Counted from the stretch's first letter, positions 1 through 9,770 are shown. The stretch is DNA of 64,000 bases from an uncultured Eubacteriales bacterium (GCA_934446365.1 CAKSDZ010000005.1:9685-73684); one strand, 5' to 3'. A program made the numbers and translations. Notes: generated from the sequence alone by a model not told the origin.

Positions 1-900
1 CTGAATCGGATCCGCCAAAAGAATGATCAATGCGCCGACAACCGTACCGATGAGCGGTCCGAAAACCGGAACGATGCAGGCGACGCCTACCAAAACGCTC
101 ACGAGCGGATAATATGGGATTCCGATAATGGAGGTACAGATAAAGCAGATCGTCCCGATGATCAGCGCGTCCGCAAGCTGTCCTTTGATGAATCCGCCGA
201 AATTTTTATTGGCAAGATTGGCGCCCTTGGCAAGCGCGGCATACCTCCTCTTGCTGAACAAAGCATATCCGGCCTTCTTGATTTGCGCAATCAAGCGTTC
301 TTTTGCAAATAGGAAATACACCGCAAGAATCACGCCGAGGAAAAAGTCCTTAATAATTCCGACGGCAGTTCCCGCAACGCTTGCGACATCGGGAATGATC
401 GTATTAAGCCCCGAATAAATCTTGTCAAGCAGCTCTACCGCATATTCCGTTATCTTATCGATATAACCCGCCAGCACGCTATCCCCTGCCGAAAGCCCAA
501 GCAGCCATTCCTTGACGGTTTCAAAATAAAGACCCGACATGTTCTGCAAATCCGCATAGCCGCGGAAAACCTGCGGAATGATTCTCCACACAAAGAGCAC
601 CGCGGCGATAACCACAACAAGAAGCGTACATAGAACGGAAAGCGTTCTCTTCAAACGATATAAGCCTTTCCGATCAAGTCCTTTCAGGACAGTTCTCTCA
701 TAAAAATTGACGAAAGGCGAGAGCAGATACGTAATCAGAATTCCATAAAAAACGGGGTTGAATACGGAAAGAATTTTTGAAACATAATGCCCGAAAGTAT
801 TAAAATCCAAAAATAAAAATACACAAAAAACGACGCAGAAAATGACAATGAAAGCATATAGCGCAATGGTCGCATATTTTTTGTTCCATTCGATTTTCAC
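1..900 (-). CDS. AI-2E family transporter (PerM/YtvI-like permease), C-terminal end cut by window edge
   Basis: Absent from the ORF track because it runs off the left edge. My translation of the minus strand from GTG (898-900) gives VKIEWNKKYATIALYAFIVIF...FIKGQLADALIIG...PVFGPLIGTVVGALIILLADPIQ. This is a multi-TM protein with the AI-2E/UPF0118-type C-terminal region. A TTGACT-17-TATCAT promoter-like sequence lies at 961-989 (minus). Confidence 0.8.
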   Translation of the reverse strand, partial: MKIEWNKKYATIALYAFIVIFCVVFCVFLFLDFNTFGHYVSKILSVFNPVFYGILITYLLSPFVNFYERTVLKGLDRKGLYRLKRTLSVLCTLLVVVIAAVLFVWRIIPQVFRGYADLQNMSGLYFETVKEWLLGLSAGDSVLAGYIDKITEYAVELLDKIYSGLNTIIPDVASVAGTAVGIIKDFFLGVILAVYFLFAKERLIAQIKKAGYALFSKRRYAALAKGANLANKNFGGFIKGQLADALIIGTICFICTSIIGIPYYPLVSVLVGVACIVPVFGPLIGTVVGALIILLADPIQ

Positions 901-1177
901 GCGCCGGTCGCCTCCTTCCCGCAAGATTCTCCGCCCGCTCTTTTATAGCGTTATAATATAATGATACACGCCTTCGCCGTTTTAGTCAAGCAAATTTTTT
1001 AATATAAAGAGAAATCTCAATCATTTTAATAGAAAATTAATAAATTCAATAATCAATATAAGAATTTCCTCATGTCGCGGTTCCGCGAGTTCTGTAAACC
1101 GCGGCGCCGAGCAAAAGCCCGACGCCGCAGGTGAATACACAGAAATCCAACGCGGAACCGGAAAAGCCCTTGCGGGA

Positions 1178-1879
1178 TTATCCGTTTGTCACGTTGATAT
1201 AACCAAACGAACAGTCAAACTTGCATTTTACAGCCGCATTTCCCTCCGATTGGTTTTTGATGGAGGCAAAAGCCGCGCTGTTCTGCGGCTCCGCCTTGAT
1301 GCCGGCGGGAAGAAGGATTTTCACTTCGCCGAAATTGGCGGAAACGGAAAGATACGCGTCCTCTGCAAAAACCGCCCCGGAAAAATCCAAGGTCAACGAG
1401 CCGAAGGAAACGCTGTAACTGCAATGGTGCACCGTCTGTCCGGCAAATCGCAGGGTCTCCCCTGTGAACGTATAGCTCACATGATCCCCTGTGCTCTGTG
1501 CTTCTCCGAATATAGCGCCATTGCTGCCGGATTCCGACGGTTCAGCCTTTTTGCCGCCGCGAAACGCATCCACGATGATTTTTCCGCCGAAAATGATCAC
1601 GGCAAGCGCAAACGCCACAAGCCATATATTCACAAAATCCGGAATGATCCCGTTCTCTTTCAGCACGATTGCGCCGAAAATAAGCATAAAGAAGACATTT
1701 CCGACATTCGGACCGTCGCTCACAACGGAGACGAAGAAGCAGAGCATCAGAAGCGCCGCCCACCAGCCGGGGAAAAACAGATCAAAGTTCCAAAAATTCA
1801 GAGCGTCGCCAAGCCATGCCACACCGAGCACAAGAAGAACAATACCGATAATCAGTTTTTTCGCTTTTTGCCGGTTCAT
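1178..1879 (-). CDS. Membrane protein with LiaF-like/toastrack C-terminal domain (cell-wall stress response family)
   Basis: 233 aa. The N-terminal half has 4-5 hydrophobic helices. The C-terminal beta-rich part (SYSVSFGSLTLDFSGAVF...ANFGEVKILLPAG) resembles LiaF/DUF2154-type domains. Family assignment is from memory, not from a search. Confidence 0.55.
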   Translation of the reverse strand: MNRQKAKKLIIGIVLLVLGVAWLGDALNFWNFDLFFPGWWAALLMLCFFVSVVSDGPNVGNVFFMLIFGAIVLKENGIIPDFVNIWLVAFALAVIIFGGKIIVDAFRGGKKAEPSESGSNGAIFGEAQSTGDHVSYTFTGETLRFAGQTVHHCSYSVSFGSLTLDFSGAVFAEDAYLSVSANFGEVKILLPAGIKAEPQNSAAFASIKNQSEGNAAVKCKFDCSFGYINVTNG

Positions 1880-1909
1880 ATGGATGCCCTCTCTTTCCGC
1901 AGAAGCTTT

Positions 1910-3166
1910 TTATTCGGAAGTTCTCATGCTCTCCCGCTTTTTCTTTCTGCTCATCGCAATTATGCAGACCGCAATCACGATGACAACGATAACAGCAACG
2001 GCAATCCAAAAGCCGACGGAAAGACCCGTCACACTGATGGAAATCCACAGATCGTCGAGCAGCTTATTGGTATCGTCGGAGAGATTGATAAATTTTTCCG
2101 TTTTGGATAGTATTTCCTCACTGGGATAGGCATATTCACTTGCAGCAAGCTCAGGATCAATCAAATCCTTTGCGGCCGTAATCGGCGTGGAATAGCCGGT
2201 CGCGCCGCAGTTCTCCGCGGAAATCTTCGGCTCACACATGAAATTGATGAACATTTCCGCGGCTTCCTTGTTTTTGCAGCCTTTCGGAATGCACATCGCA
2301 TCGACAAAGAAATTGGAGCCTTCCTTCGGGAATGCAAACGCGAGATTCTCATTGTCCTCGTGCATGGTGATGAAATCGCCGGCATAATACGGAGCGATCC
2401 AAGCGTTTTCCTCCACCATCTTATCAAAGATTTGATCCATCACATAGTTTTGCACCAGCGGCTTCTGTGCTTTGAGCAGCTCGGCAGCTTCATTGATTTC
2501 ATCCACGTTCTCGGTGTTGACGGAATAGCCAAGCTTTTCAAGCGCGATGGCGAACGCATCGCGGGAATTGTCGAACATCAGAATTTTTTTCGCATAATCC
2601 TCATCCCAAAGGATATCCCAGCTGTCCACCGTTTTCGTCACATATTTGGTGTTGTAGATGATGCCGACCGTACCCCATGTATACGGAACGCTGTATTCGA
2701 GCGTAGGATCGTATTCGACATCGTTTTTAAAGGTGTCGTCCACATATTTTTCAAAGTTCGGAATGTTGGAGAAGTCGAGCTTTTCCAGCATGTCTTTTTC
2801 GATCATGCGGGAAATCATATAATCCGACGGGATGATCACATCGTAATAAGCACTTCCGCTTTGCAGCTTGGAGTAAAGTCCCTCGTTTGTATCATAGGTC
2901 GTGTAATCGACGTCGATGCCGGTGAGCTCCTCAAACATTTTGATGACATCCTCGGAGCCGTCCGAGCCGTCGGCGATATACTCGCCCCAGTTATAAACGT
3001 AGAGCTTGACGCCCTGTCCCTTGAACTTGGAATAATATTCCTCGTCGAACGCATAAGGATCGGAAGACACCGTATTCCCCGGAAGCATTTCCGAAGCCGT
3101 GACGGATGCCGCCAAAGAGGAGGCAAGCAGCAGGACACAGAGAAGAACAGCAAAGATTTTTTTCAT
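1910..3166 (-). CDS. potD: Spermidine/putrescine ABC transporter substrate-binding protein with extra C-terminal TM segment
   Basis: 418 aa. PotD/PotF-like sequence (YNWGEYI, IIPSDYM, VPYTWGT). Last gene of the potA-B-C-D string. N-terminal signal peptide, plus a hydrophobic C-terminal stretch GLSVGFWIAVAVIVVIVIAVCIIAM followed by SRKKKRE. Confidence 0.85.
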   Translation of the reverse strand: MKKIFAVLLCVLLLASSLAASVTASEMLPGNTVSSDPYAFDEEYYSKFKGQGVKLYVYNWGEYIADGSDGSEDVIKMFEELTGIDVDYTTYDTNEGLYSKLQSGSAYYDVIIPSDYMISRMIEKDMLEKLDFSNIPNFEKYVDDTFKNDVEYDPTLEYSVPYTWGTVGIIYNTKYVTKTVDSWDILWDEDYAKKILMFDNSRDAFAIALEKLGYSVNTENVDEINEAAELLKAQKPLVQNYVMDQIFDKMVEENAWIAPYYAGDFITMHEDNENLAFAFPKEGSNFFVDAMCIPKGCKNKEAAEMFINFMCEPKISAENCGATGYSTPITAAKDLIDPELAASEYAYPSEEILSKTEKFINLSDDTNKLLDDLWISISVTGLSVGFWIAVAVIVVIVIAVCIIAMSRKKKRESMRTSE

Positions 3167-3214
3167 TTTTTGACCAATATTCCTTTCAAAATATATAAAT
3201 TTTTGAATAAAGGC

Positions 3215-4018
3215 TTAAAGCCTCATCATTTTCTTTTCCTTCGCACGCTCCGCCCGAATCGAGCGCACATTCACCACAAGAAGAACGGCAAGAACGATCA
3301 CGAACATAATTGTCGAGAGCGCGTTGATTTCCGGACTGACGCGCTTTTTCACCATCGAATAAATCGTAATGGAGAGCGTCTGAACATTGCCCGCCGTGAA
3401 ATAACTGACGACGAAATCGTCGAGCGAATACGTAAACGCCATGAGGAAGCCCGTGATGATTCCGGGCATAATCTCCGGCACGATTACCTTGAAAAACGCG
3501 CGCGACGGATTGCAGCCGAGGTCGAGCGCCGCCTCATACATGTTTTTGTTGATTTGGCGAAGCTTCGGCAGAACCGAAAGAAACACCGTCGGCACGCAAA
3601 AGGTTACATGCGCGATAATCAAAGAGACAAAGCCGCCCGACATATGCGCAAGCGAAAACAACAGCATAAGAGAAATTCCCGTCACGATCTCAGGACTCAG
3701 CATCGGCAGATATGTTACATTTTTGATGGCGCCCTTGACCGCCTTGTTTTTCATCGAGAAAACGCCGAGCGCCGCTCCCGTTCCGAGAATCGTCGATATC
3801 ACGGAGGCCGCCGCGGCGACGATCAGCGTATTCTTCAAGGAATTCAGAATCAGCGTATTGGAAAACAGGTCCTGATACCATTTGAGCGAAAATCCCGTCC
3901 ATGAATAGCCCTTGGAGGAATTGAACGAAAATACGATAAGCACAAAAATCGGCAGATACAAAAACAGCATCATGAGGGCGATATAAACGCCGGAAAATGT
4001 TTTTCCCTTTTTCGTCAT
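3215..4018 (-). CDS. potC: Spermidine/putrescine ABC transporter permease
   Basis: 267 aa, 6-TM MetI-like permease with an EAA-loop-like motif (EAALDLGCNPSRAFFKVIVP). Its start overlaps the potB stop by 4 nt. Confidence 0.85.
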   Translation of the reverse strand: MTKKGKTFSGVYIALMMLFLYLPIFVLIVFSFNSSKGYSWTGFSLKWYQDLFSNTLILNSLKNTLIVAAAASVISTILGTGAALGVFSMKNKAVKGAIKNVTYLPMLSPEIVTGISLMLLFSLAHMSGGFVSLIIAHVTFCVPTVFLSVLPKLRQINKNMYEAALDLGCNPSRAFFKVIVPEIMPGIITGFLMAFTYSLDDFVVSYFTAGNVQTLSITIYSMVKKRVSPEINALSTIMFVIVLAVLLVVNVRSIRAERAKEKKMMRL

Positions 4019-4836
4019 ACGAGTGCCTCCTCCGCTTCTTCACTGTCAAGGCGGTTGAAAATCGCCATCGTGATCAGCACAACGATCATGAGCAGCAGGG
4101 ACGTCGCCGAGCCGCAGTTGAGATCATACGAATTTCCGAGAAACTGCGTTTCGATCAGATCTCCGATGAGGTAATTTCCCGTTCCGCCGAGCATGCCGCT
4201 GATGACGAACGTGCTGACCGCCGGAACAAATACCATCGTCGTTCCGGAAATGATGCCGGGCATGCTGAGCGGCAGCACCACCCGCCGGAACGTGGCAAAA
4301 AAACCGGCACCGAGGTCCCCCGCGGCCTCTATAAGGCTTTTGTCGATTTTTGTCATAATCGAATACAGCGGCAGTATCATAAACGGAATATAATTATACA
4401 CCATGCCGAGCACCACCGCGCCGGAGGTGTTGATGAGCTTTAAGGAAGAAAGTCCGAGGCTGTTCAAGATGGTATTGATTACGCCGTTATCCTCGAGAAT
4501 CGCCTGCCATGCGTAGGTACGCAGCAGGAAATTCATCCACATCGGAAGCATGACAAGCATCGTCATCATCTTTTGACGGGAAAAGCTCAGGCGCGACATC
4601 GCAAAGGCAAACGGATAGGCGAGCACAAGACAGATTGCCGTGGCGATTGCCGCAAGATAAATGCTTTTGACAAGCGTCGGCAGATACTGCACGGACTGCT
4701 TGACGTTGTCGAGCGTAAATGCGCCCGATTTATCCGTGAACGCAAAATAGATGACAAGCAGCAGCGGAAGAATCGTGAAAAGGAGCATCCACAGAATATA
4801 CGGATAAGACGCCCATTTGGCGTTCAGCTTGATCAC
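4015..4836 (-). CDS. potB: Spermidine/putrescine ABC transporter permease
   Basis: 273 aa permease with EAA loop ([21 protein letters not shown]). 4-nt overlaps with potA and potC suggest translational coupling. Confidence 0.85.
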   Translation of the reverse strand: MIKLNAKWASYPYILWMLLFTILPLLLVIYFAFTDKSGAFTLDNVKQSVQYLPTLVKSIYLAAIATAICLVLAYPFAFAMSRLSFSRQKMMTMLVMLPMWMNFLLRTYAWQAILEDNGVINTILNSLGLSSLKLINTSGAVVLGMVYNYIPFMILPLYSIMTKIDKSLIEAAGDLGAGFFATFRRVVLPLSMPGIISGTTMVFVPAVSTFVISGMLGGTGNYLIGDLIETQFLGNSYDLNCGSATSLLLMIVVLITMAIFNRLDSEEAEEALV

Positions 4837-5936
4837 GCCTCCTCACCTCCGGTCACAGGCACTTCCTCCGCCGGAGAATCCGATTTGTGCATGATATGGA
4901 TGTCCTCCGGCGTGATGCGAAGTCCGATTTCCGAGCCGACAGGCGAAAAATCCGTCGAATGGACGCGCCACGCCTTCCCGAAGCACTCCACAAGCATCTC
5001 ATAATGAACGCCCTTGAAAGTGACGGCCGTAACCGTGCCGCAGAGAAACTCGTCCGAGGGAGCGGTGATTTCGATATCCTCGGGACGCACGACGACGTCG
5101 ACCGGCTCATCCTTTTCAAAGCCGGCATCGACGCATTCGTAAGCCCTTCCCTCAAACTCGACGCGGTAATCCGTGTGCATGATGCCGGGAACGATATTGC
5201 TTTCCCCGATGAAGCTCGCCGTAAAGGCGTTCACCGGTTCATTATAGATATCCTGAGGCGTGCCGATCTGCTGAATCACGCCGCCGTTCATGACGACGAC
5301 GGTATCGCTCATCGTGAGCGCCTCCTCTTGGTCATGCGTAACATAAACAAACGTAATGCCGAGCCGCTGCTGAATCTTTTTCAGTTCAAACTGCATTTCC
5401 TTGCGCAATTTGAGGTCGAGCGCGCCGAGCGGCTCGTCGAGAAGCAGCACCTTCGGGTTGTTCACCAGCGCGCGCGCAATCGCCACCCGCTGCTGCTGGC
5501 CGCCGGAAAGCAGATTGACGCTCCGGCTCTCGAAGCCGGACAGATTCACAAGCGCGAGCATTTCCCGCACACGGGAAACAATCTCTTTTTCCGGCGTCTT
5601 GACAAGACGAAGCCCGAACGCCACGTTCTCAAAGACGTCGAGATGCGGGAACAGCGCGTATTTTTGAAAGACCGTGTTGACTTTTCTTTTATAAGGAGGA
5701 AGATCGTTGATTTTTTTCCCGAGGAAGCAAACGTCGCCCGTATCCGGTGTGACGAAGCCGCCGATGATGCGAAGCGTCGTCGTCTTTCCGCAGCCGGAGG
5801 GACCGAGGAGCGTGATAAACTCCTTGTCGTGGATGTCGAGATCAATTCCTTTCAGAACCTGTTCGCCGTTGAAACTTTTCGAAATATTCCGAAGCTCAAT
5901 GATTTTCGTGTTTTGATCCATTTCTGCTATGCTCAC
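4833..5936 (-). CDS. potA: Spermidine/putrescine import ATP-binding protein
   Basis: 367 aa. Walker [10 protein letters not shown], signature [15 protein letters not shown], Walker B LLLDEPL, and a PotA-type C-terminal TOBE-like domain. The track start is a GTG at 5936 with no clear SD. An ATG at 5921 is an alternative start. Confidence 0.9.
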   Translation of the reverse strand: MSIAEMDQNTKIIELRNISKSFNGEQVLKGIDLDIHDKEFITLLGPSGCGKTTTLRIIGGFVTPDTGDVCFLGKKINDLPPYKRKVNTVFQKYALFPHLDVFENVAFGLRLVKTPEKEIVSRVREMLALVNLSGFESRSVNLLSGGQQQRVAIARALVNNPKVLLLDEPLGALDLKLRKEMQFELKKIQQRLGITFVYVTHDQEEALTMSDTVVVMNGGVIQQIGTPQDIYNEPVNAFTASFIGESNIVPGIMHTDYRVEFEGRAYECVDAGFEKDEPVDVVVRPEDIEITAPSDEFLCGTVTAVTFKGVHYEMLVECFGKAWRVHSTDFSPVGSEIGLRITPEDIHIMHKSDSPAEEVPVTGGEEA

Positions 5937-6012
5937 TTTTTTCAGTATTTTCGTGCGTCACCCTGCCTTTTCGGAGGCTGCCTGCGCACCGGACGGATCT
6001 CTCCGTCAAGCC

Positions 6013-6049
6013 TAAAAAAATGCACGAAAAAAAGACTTTTTCCGTGCAT
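6013..6049 (-). promoter_or_regulatory. Terminator-like hairpin plus U-run inside the potA 5' leader (possible attenuator)
   Basis: Minus strand reads tgcacgg-aaaaagtcttttttt-cgtgca followed by ttttttt. It lies about 70-105 nt downstream of the predicted promoter and about 80 nt upstream of the potA start. Confidence 0.35.
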
Positions 6050-6126
6050 TAAAAAGTGCCGTGAACGATATCAAAAAAATATTTTGAAAAGGACTTTTTT
6101 ACTTGGGTCCCGAATTCACAAGGGCA

Positions 6127-6155
6127 TTATAGCAGATAATATGTCAAATTGCAAG
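6127..6155 (-). promoter_or_regulatory. Sigma-70-type promoter of potABCD
   Basis: Minus strand TTGCAA (6150-6155), 17-nt spacer, TATAAT (6127-6132). Confidence 0.5.
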
Positions 6156-6272
6156 TTTTTTTGAAAAATTTCTGAAAAAACTTTAAAATTTCTGATTTTT
6201 TCCGAAAATCCGCCCGATTAAATCAAAAATCTTGTAAAAATCTCCGTTTTGTTTCAAAATCCGCCGAAATCC

Positions 6273-8654
6273 TCACGCCGCATCCTCGGAAGATTCCGGA
6301 AGCCTGCGGACGCGGATAAGCTCCACCGTCATATCGTCCGCGCGCACGGCCGCGCCCTCTGCCGCACGGATGATTTTCTCCGCCATGGCGCCGAGGTTAT
6401 CCGTCCATTCCCGCGAGATAAATTCGATGAACCACGCAGGGTCGCCGGTCTCGCTCGCCTCGATATCGGAGGCCACGCCGTCCGAACACAGGAGAATCAC
6501 GTCGCCGTCCTCGAGCTCAAACTCCGTGACCTCCGCGGAAACCTGCGGAACGATGCCGATTGGGAACGTGCCCGACGCGATTTTGTATAATCTTTTATCC
6601 CGGATAATATAGGACGGCACCGCGCCGCTCTTGATAAAGGAAGCGACGCCGAGCACAAGGTCCACCACCAAAAGGTCTACCGTGGCAAAGCACTCCGTGC
6701 TTTTGGAGCATACGAGATTGTTAAGCATTTCGAGCGTGGTGGATTTTTTATTGCCGCATGCCAGCATTTTTTCGAGGAATACGCGGCACATGCGCGAGGT
6801 CAGCGCGGCGTCCTCGCCGCTGCCCATACCGTCGCAGATAAAGCAGTAGAAAAAGTCGTCATAGCTTTTCACGACCGAAACGCTGTCCCCGCAGACGTTC
6901 TCGCCTCTTTTGGAAATCTGTTTTCCGGAATATTCCACGGCGTACCGCGGCGCGCCCTCCAATGTCAGTGCGCTTTTTCCGTTTTCCAGCATAAACTCCG
7001 GCATACAGAACCGTGTGCCGCATACCGTCTCGCACAGCTCGCGGATATCCGACGGCCGCAGCGTAGTGCGGGCGATATCCGCGCCCGTCGCGATTACATA
7101 TTTTTTCCGGTCGCCGCAGACAATCAGATTTTCCGCACGCAGTCCCGCGCGCAGAAACTGCCGCCGCAGACGGTCGGACAGCACTCTGTCCACATTAAAG
7201 CCGATATTGCCCTCCGAGGCGGCGTCCGCAAACATCTGTGCCATCGCCTCGTAATCGAATGCGAAAATCTGCGTTTTGTCCTCGCGGATCGCCTCTTCCA
7301 GCATCTTCGCGGAGCAGGCGCTGATCTCCTGCGCAATCACGTCCAGCATCGGGCATTTCACCTTTGTAATATCATAAAGCTTTTCGCGGTCGATTTTCCC
7401 GGACGCCATGAGGCGGGATGCCAGCTTATCGGACACCCTGTCCGTCTCTAAATTTTCAAGTCCCCGGCAGGTACATTCATTCGGACAGCCGTCACAGTGG
7501 CTCTTCCAAATTTCGATACATTTTTCGCTGAGCTTTTCCGGCTTCGGCCGTCTGAATTTTTCCGAAAGGCTGTGCATAATCGCGGACAGCGCATTCATCG
7601 AACCCGCAATGCTGTCCATGCGGCGCTCCCTTTCCTGCTCCTTCTTGCGGGCGATAAGCTCCTTGCAGTCCGCGCCGTTTTCAGGCACCGTCCGCATGGA
7701 AAACGACGGCAGAAGATGGAGCAGCGCGGGAACGGCAATCAAAACGGACGCCGTCACGATTTCCGGCAAAAACTCCGCGATGACCTCCGTCCCGCCGAAA
7801 TACAGCGCGCCGCAGACCATGACGGCAATCGATCCCGCCGCCGCAAGCAGGCTGTTCACTTCGAAAAAGATGCCGGCGATGAGGCCGGAAAGCGCGAAAA
7901 TCGGTGCATAAATCCCGCCGCAGGCAAGGCCGCACAAAAGGCCGACCGCGGAGCTTCGCGTCGGCTGTCCGAGCCAGCCCACGTATAACGTAATCATATA
8001 GGAAACGACAAGCCCAATCGAGAACGACCCGACGGAAATCCCCGAAAGGGAAAGCGAAAGACAGAAAGCCGCGGCGCCGAGTCCCGCTTCAAAGGCCGGC
8101 GTAAAACGGTATTCCGGCTCAAAGAAAAAGGAAAGGAGAAACGCAAACGACGCGGCGCATACCGTATTCAGAGCGAGAGACAGGATGTCATACAGCTCCG
8201 TGCCGCCGCGCACGACATGGATGAGGGAAAAACCGAGCGCGAAAATCGCACAGAGCAGAACCCGCGCCGGCACCGTATCCGGAAGCCGCCCCGTCTTCCG
8301 AAGCATCTTCCGTCCATACACGGCGATGCAGAGAACCGTCCGACACGCGCAAAGCGCGGCGGCGCCGATGCCGAAAAGGAGAATATCCCGTCCGAGCGCA
8401 TATTCATAAGCGCACCGAAGCAGAATGCCGATCACCGCGAACACCGAATAATTCGGCAATGACGCGACAAGCGCGCAGCCAAGCGGAAAGGCGCCCATCG
8501 GAAATTCCGTCCCGCCGAAGAAAAAGCCTATGACGATCGTGCCGAGCGCCATGGCCGCCTTCCGAATCCCCAGCGCGGTGCGGGAGGCAGGCACGGAAAC
8601 CCGTCTTTCGCGTGCGGCCGTCGGCTCCAATTCTTTTATTCTTTCATCTGTCAA
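6273..8654 (-). CDS. spoIIE: Stage II sporulation protein E (membrane PP2C phosphatase)
   Basis: 793 aa with a TTG start. About 10 N-terminal TM helices, a central regulatory region and a C-terminal PP2C domain (FICDGMGSGEDAA ... LLCSDGV). Confidence 0.9.
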   Translation of the reverse strand: MTDERIKELEPTAARERRVSVPASRTALGIRKAAMALGTIVIGFFFGGTEFPMGAFPLGCALVASLPNYSVFAVIGILLRCAYEYALGRDILLFGIGAAALCACRTVLCIAVYGRKMLRKTGRLPDTVPARVLLCAIFALGFSLIHVVRGGTELYDILSLALNTVCAASFAFLLSFFFEPEYRFTPAFEAGLGAAAFCLSLSLSGISVGSFSIGLVVSYMITLYVGWLGQPTRSSAVGLLCGLACGGIYAPIFALSGLIAGIFFEVNSLLAAAGSIAVMVCGALYFGGTEVIAEFLPEIVTASVLIAVPALLHLLPSFSMRTVPENGADCKELIARKKEQERERRMDSIAGSMNALSAIMHSLSEKFRRPKPEKLSEKCIEIWKSHCDGCPNECTCRGLENLETDRVSDKLASRLMASGKIDREKLYDITKVKCPMLDVIAQEISACSAKMLEEAIREDKTQIFAFDYEAMAQMFADAASEGNIGFNVDRVLSDRLRRQFLRAGLRAENLIVCGDRKKYVIATGADIARTTLRPSDIRELCETVCGTRFCMPEFMLENGKSALTLEGAPRYAVEYSGKQISKRGENVCGDSVSVVKSYDDFFYCFICDGMGSGEDAALTSRMCRVFLEKMLACGNKKSTTLEMLNNLVCSKSTECFATVDLLVVDLVLGVASFIKSGAVPSYIIRDKRLYKIASGTFPIGIVPQVSAEVTEFELEDGDVILLCSDGVASDIEASETGDPAWFIEFISREWTDNLGAMAEKIIRAAEGAAVRADDMTVELIRVRRLPESSEDAA

Positions 8655-8864
8655 AGCTTTATCATCCTTTCGTTTTTTAACTTCTGGAAAATCTTTTCCA
8701 CCCTGCTATAAAGCATACACGAAAGGAGCCAAAGAGCGCGTCGATTCTGCACTGTCGTGTAAGACAACTTTCCGTCTTATACCGGCAAATCGGCGCGCTC
8801 TCTGTAAAATAGATGTGATAAATGGCTTTTTTTCGCGGTTTTCGCGAAAAATTTTTATAAAAAT

Positions 8865-9080
8865 TCAGACCGTCGATTCTTCCTCGTCGATTTTGACAAT
8901 CCGAATTGCGGAATCCAGCAAAATATTGATGACCTCATTGCGGGAGCAATTGGTCTTGCCCGCAATCGCGTCCAGCTGCGCGATTGTCTCATCCCGCATG
9001 CGCACCGAAACGATTTTATAGCCGTCGTCGCCGCGTTTGGCGCTTTTTTTCGTTATTTTAATCTCTTTTTCCATCGACAA
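8865..9080 (-). CDS. Ribbon-helix-helix (CopG/Arc-like) small DNA-binding protein
   Basis: 71 aa. The pattern YKIVSVRMRDETIAQLDAIAGKTNCSRNEVINILLDSAI fits a beta-strand plus two helices RHH fold. Confidence 0.6.
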   Translation of the reverse strand: MSMEKEIKITKKSAKRGDDGYKIVSVRMRDETIAQLDAIAGKTNCSRNEVINILLDSAIRIVKIDEEESTV

Positions 9081-9122
9081 ACCCCGCTCCGAAATCCTTC
9101 AACTTTATATTTATATTATACC

Positions 9123-9151
9123 TTGACATTAGAATAAAAATATATTAAAAT
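9123..9151 (+). promoter_or_regulatory. Sigma-70-type promoter in AT-rich spacer
   Basis: TTGACA (9123-9128), 17-nt spacer, TAAAAT (9146-9151), about 60 nt upstream of the 9212 ORF. Confidence 0.45.
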
Positions 9152-9211
9152 ACATGTTATAAATAAACTATATTTTTATAGTTATAAAATATTCAAGGAA
9201 TCGATACGGAG

Positions 9212-9547
9212 ATGCCAAAAGGTTATAAAAATTACGCCGGTTTTGTCGGACAAAAAGGACAAGCTTCCCGCATCACGGCAGCCCACATAATAAAATGGGG
9301 CCAATCCGTCCGTTCGGAAGAAAAGCAAACACCGGAGGATTCCGGAGCGGCAAGCCAAAAGGAGCCGCCGTTCAAGCACGCCGCGTTTCTCTTTCTCCTC
9401 TCTGCCGTGTTTCTGTTATGCGGCCTCGACAAATACAGTGTGAGGGAAACAACGGCGGCGCTTCTCTGTTTTGCTTTTGCCCTCCTCGCCTTTCTTCTCT
9501 TTTCAGCAGCTCTCATCATCGGAATCAAAAACAAGCGGAAACGCTGA
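9212..9547 (+). CDS. Hypothetical small membrane protein (2 predicted TM helices)
   Basis: 111 aa ORF bracketed by a consensus-like promoter and a strong hairpin terminator. Two hydrophobic segments (AAFLFLLSAVFLLCGL, ALLCFAFALLAFLLFSAALIIGI). The GGAG lies directly against the ATG, so the start is uncertain. Confidence 0.4.
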   Translation: MPKGYKNYAGFVGQKGQASRITAAHIIKWGQSVRSEEKQTPEDSGAASQKEPPFKHAAFLFLLSAVFLLCGLDKYSVRETTAALLCFAFALLAFLLFSAALIIGIKNKRKR

Positions 9548-9559
9548 ACCCATAAAATA

Positions 9560-9591
9560 AAAGCACAGCGATTCTCTCGCTGTGCTTTTTC
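9560..9591. terminator. Bidirectional rho-independent terminator
   Basis: aaagcacagcga-ttctc-tcgctgtgcttt flanked by A-run and T-run. It sits between the convergent 9212 ORF and spoIVB. Confidence 0.6.
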
Positions 9592-9770
9592 TTATCCGCA
9601 TCCATGGGATAAGATATCTTTGACAGATGATACCGATGAGAATATCCGCGAATCTGAGCTTCGGCGCCGCATAAAAATTGTCTCCTTTTCCCTAACCGGA
9701 ACAGCTCGCTTCCGACTTCGCTCAAATCTATTCTCATTTTCCGCGGCAATCGGCCGCGTATATTTTCAGA

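Noticed and set aside
2360-3904. 514-aa plus-strand ORF antisense to potD/potC. Similar long shadow ORFs lie at 4887-6164, 9873-11030, 22575-23621, 23811-24764, 36225-37478, 40226-41377, 50895-52139, 52004-53131 and 53345-54490.
   Set aside because: - Each lies fully antisense to a confidently identified conserved gene.
- The translations are Arg/His/Asp-rich and low in complexity.
- They lack RBS and promoter context.
- Such shadow ORFs are typical of GC-rich coding regions.
9525-9749. 74-aa minus-strand ORF downstream of spoIVB, and a small hairpin cttatcc...ggataag (9591-9613).
   Set aside because: - There is no RBS.
- The composition is not protein-like.
- It overlaps the bidirectional terminator, so it is probably just 3' UTR.
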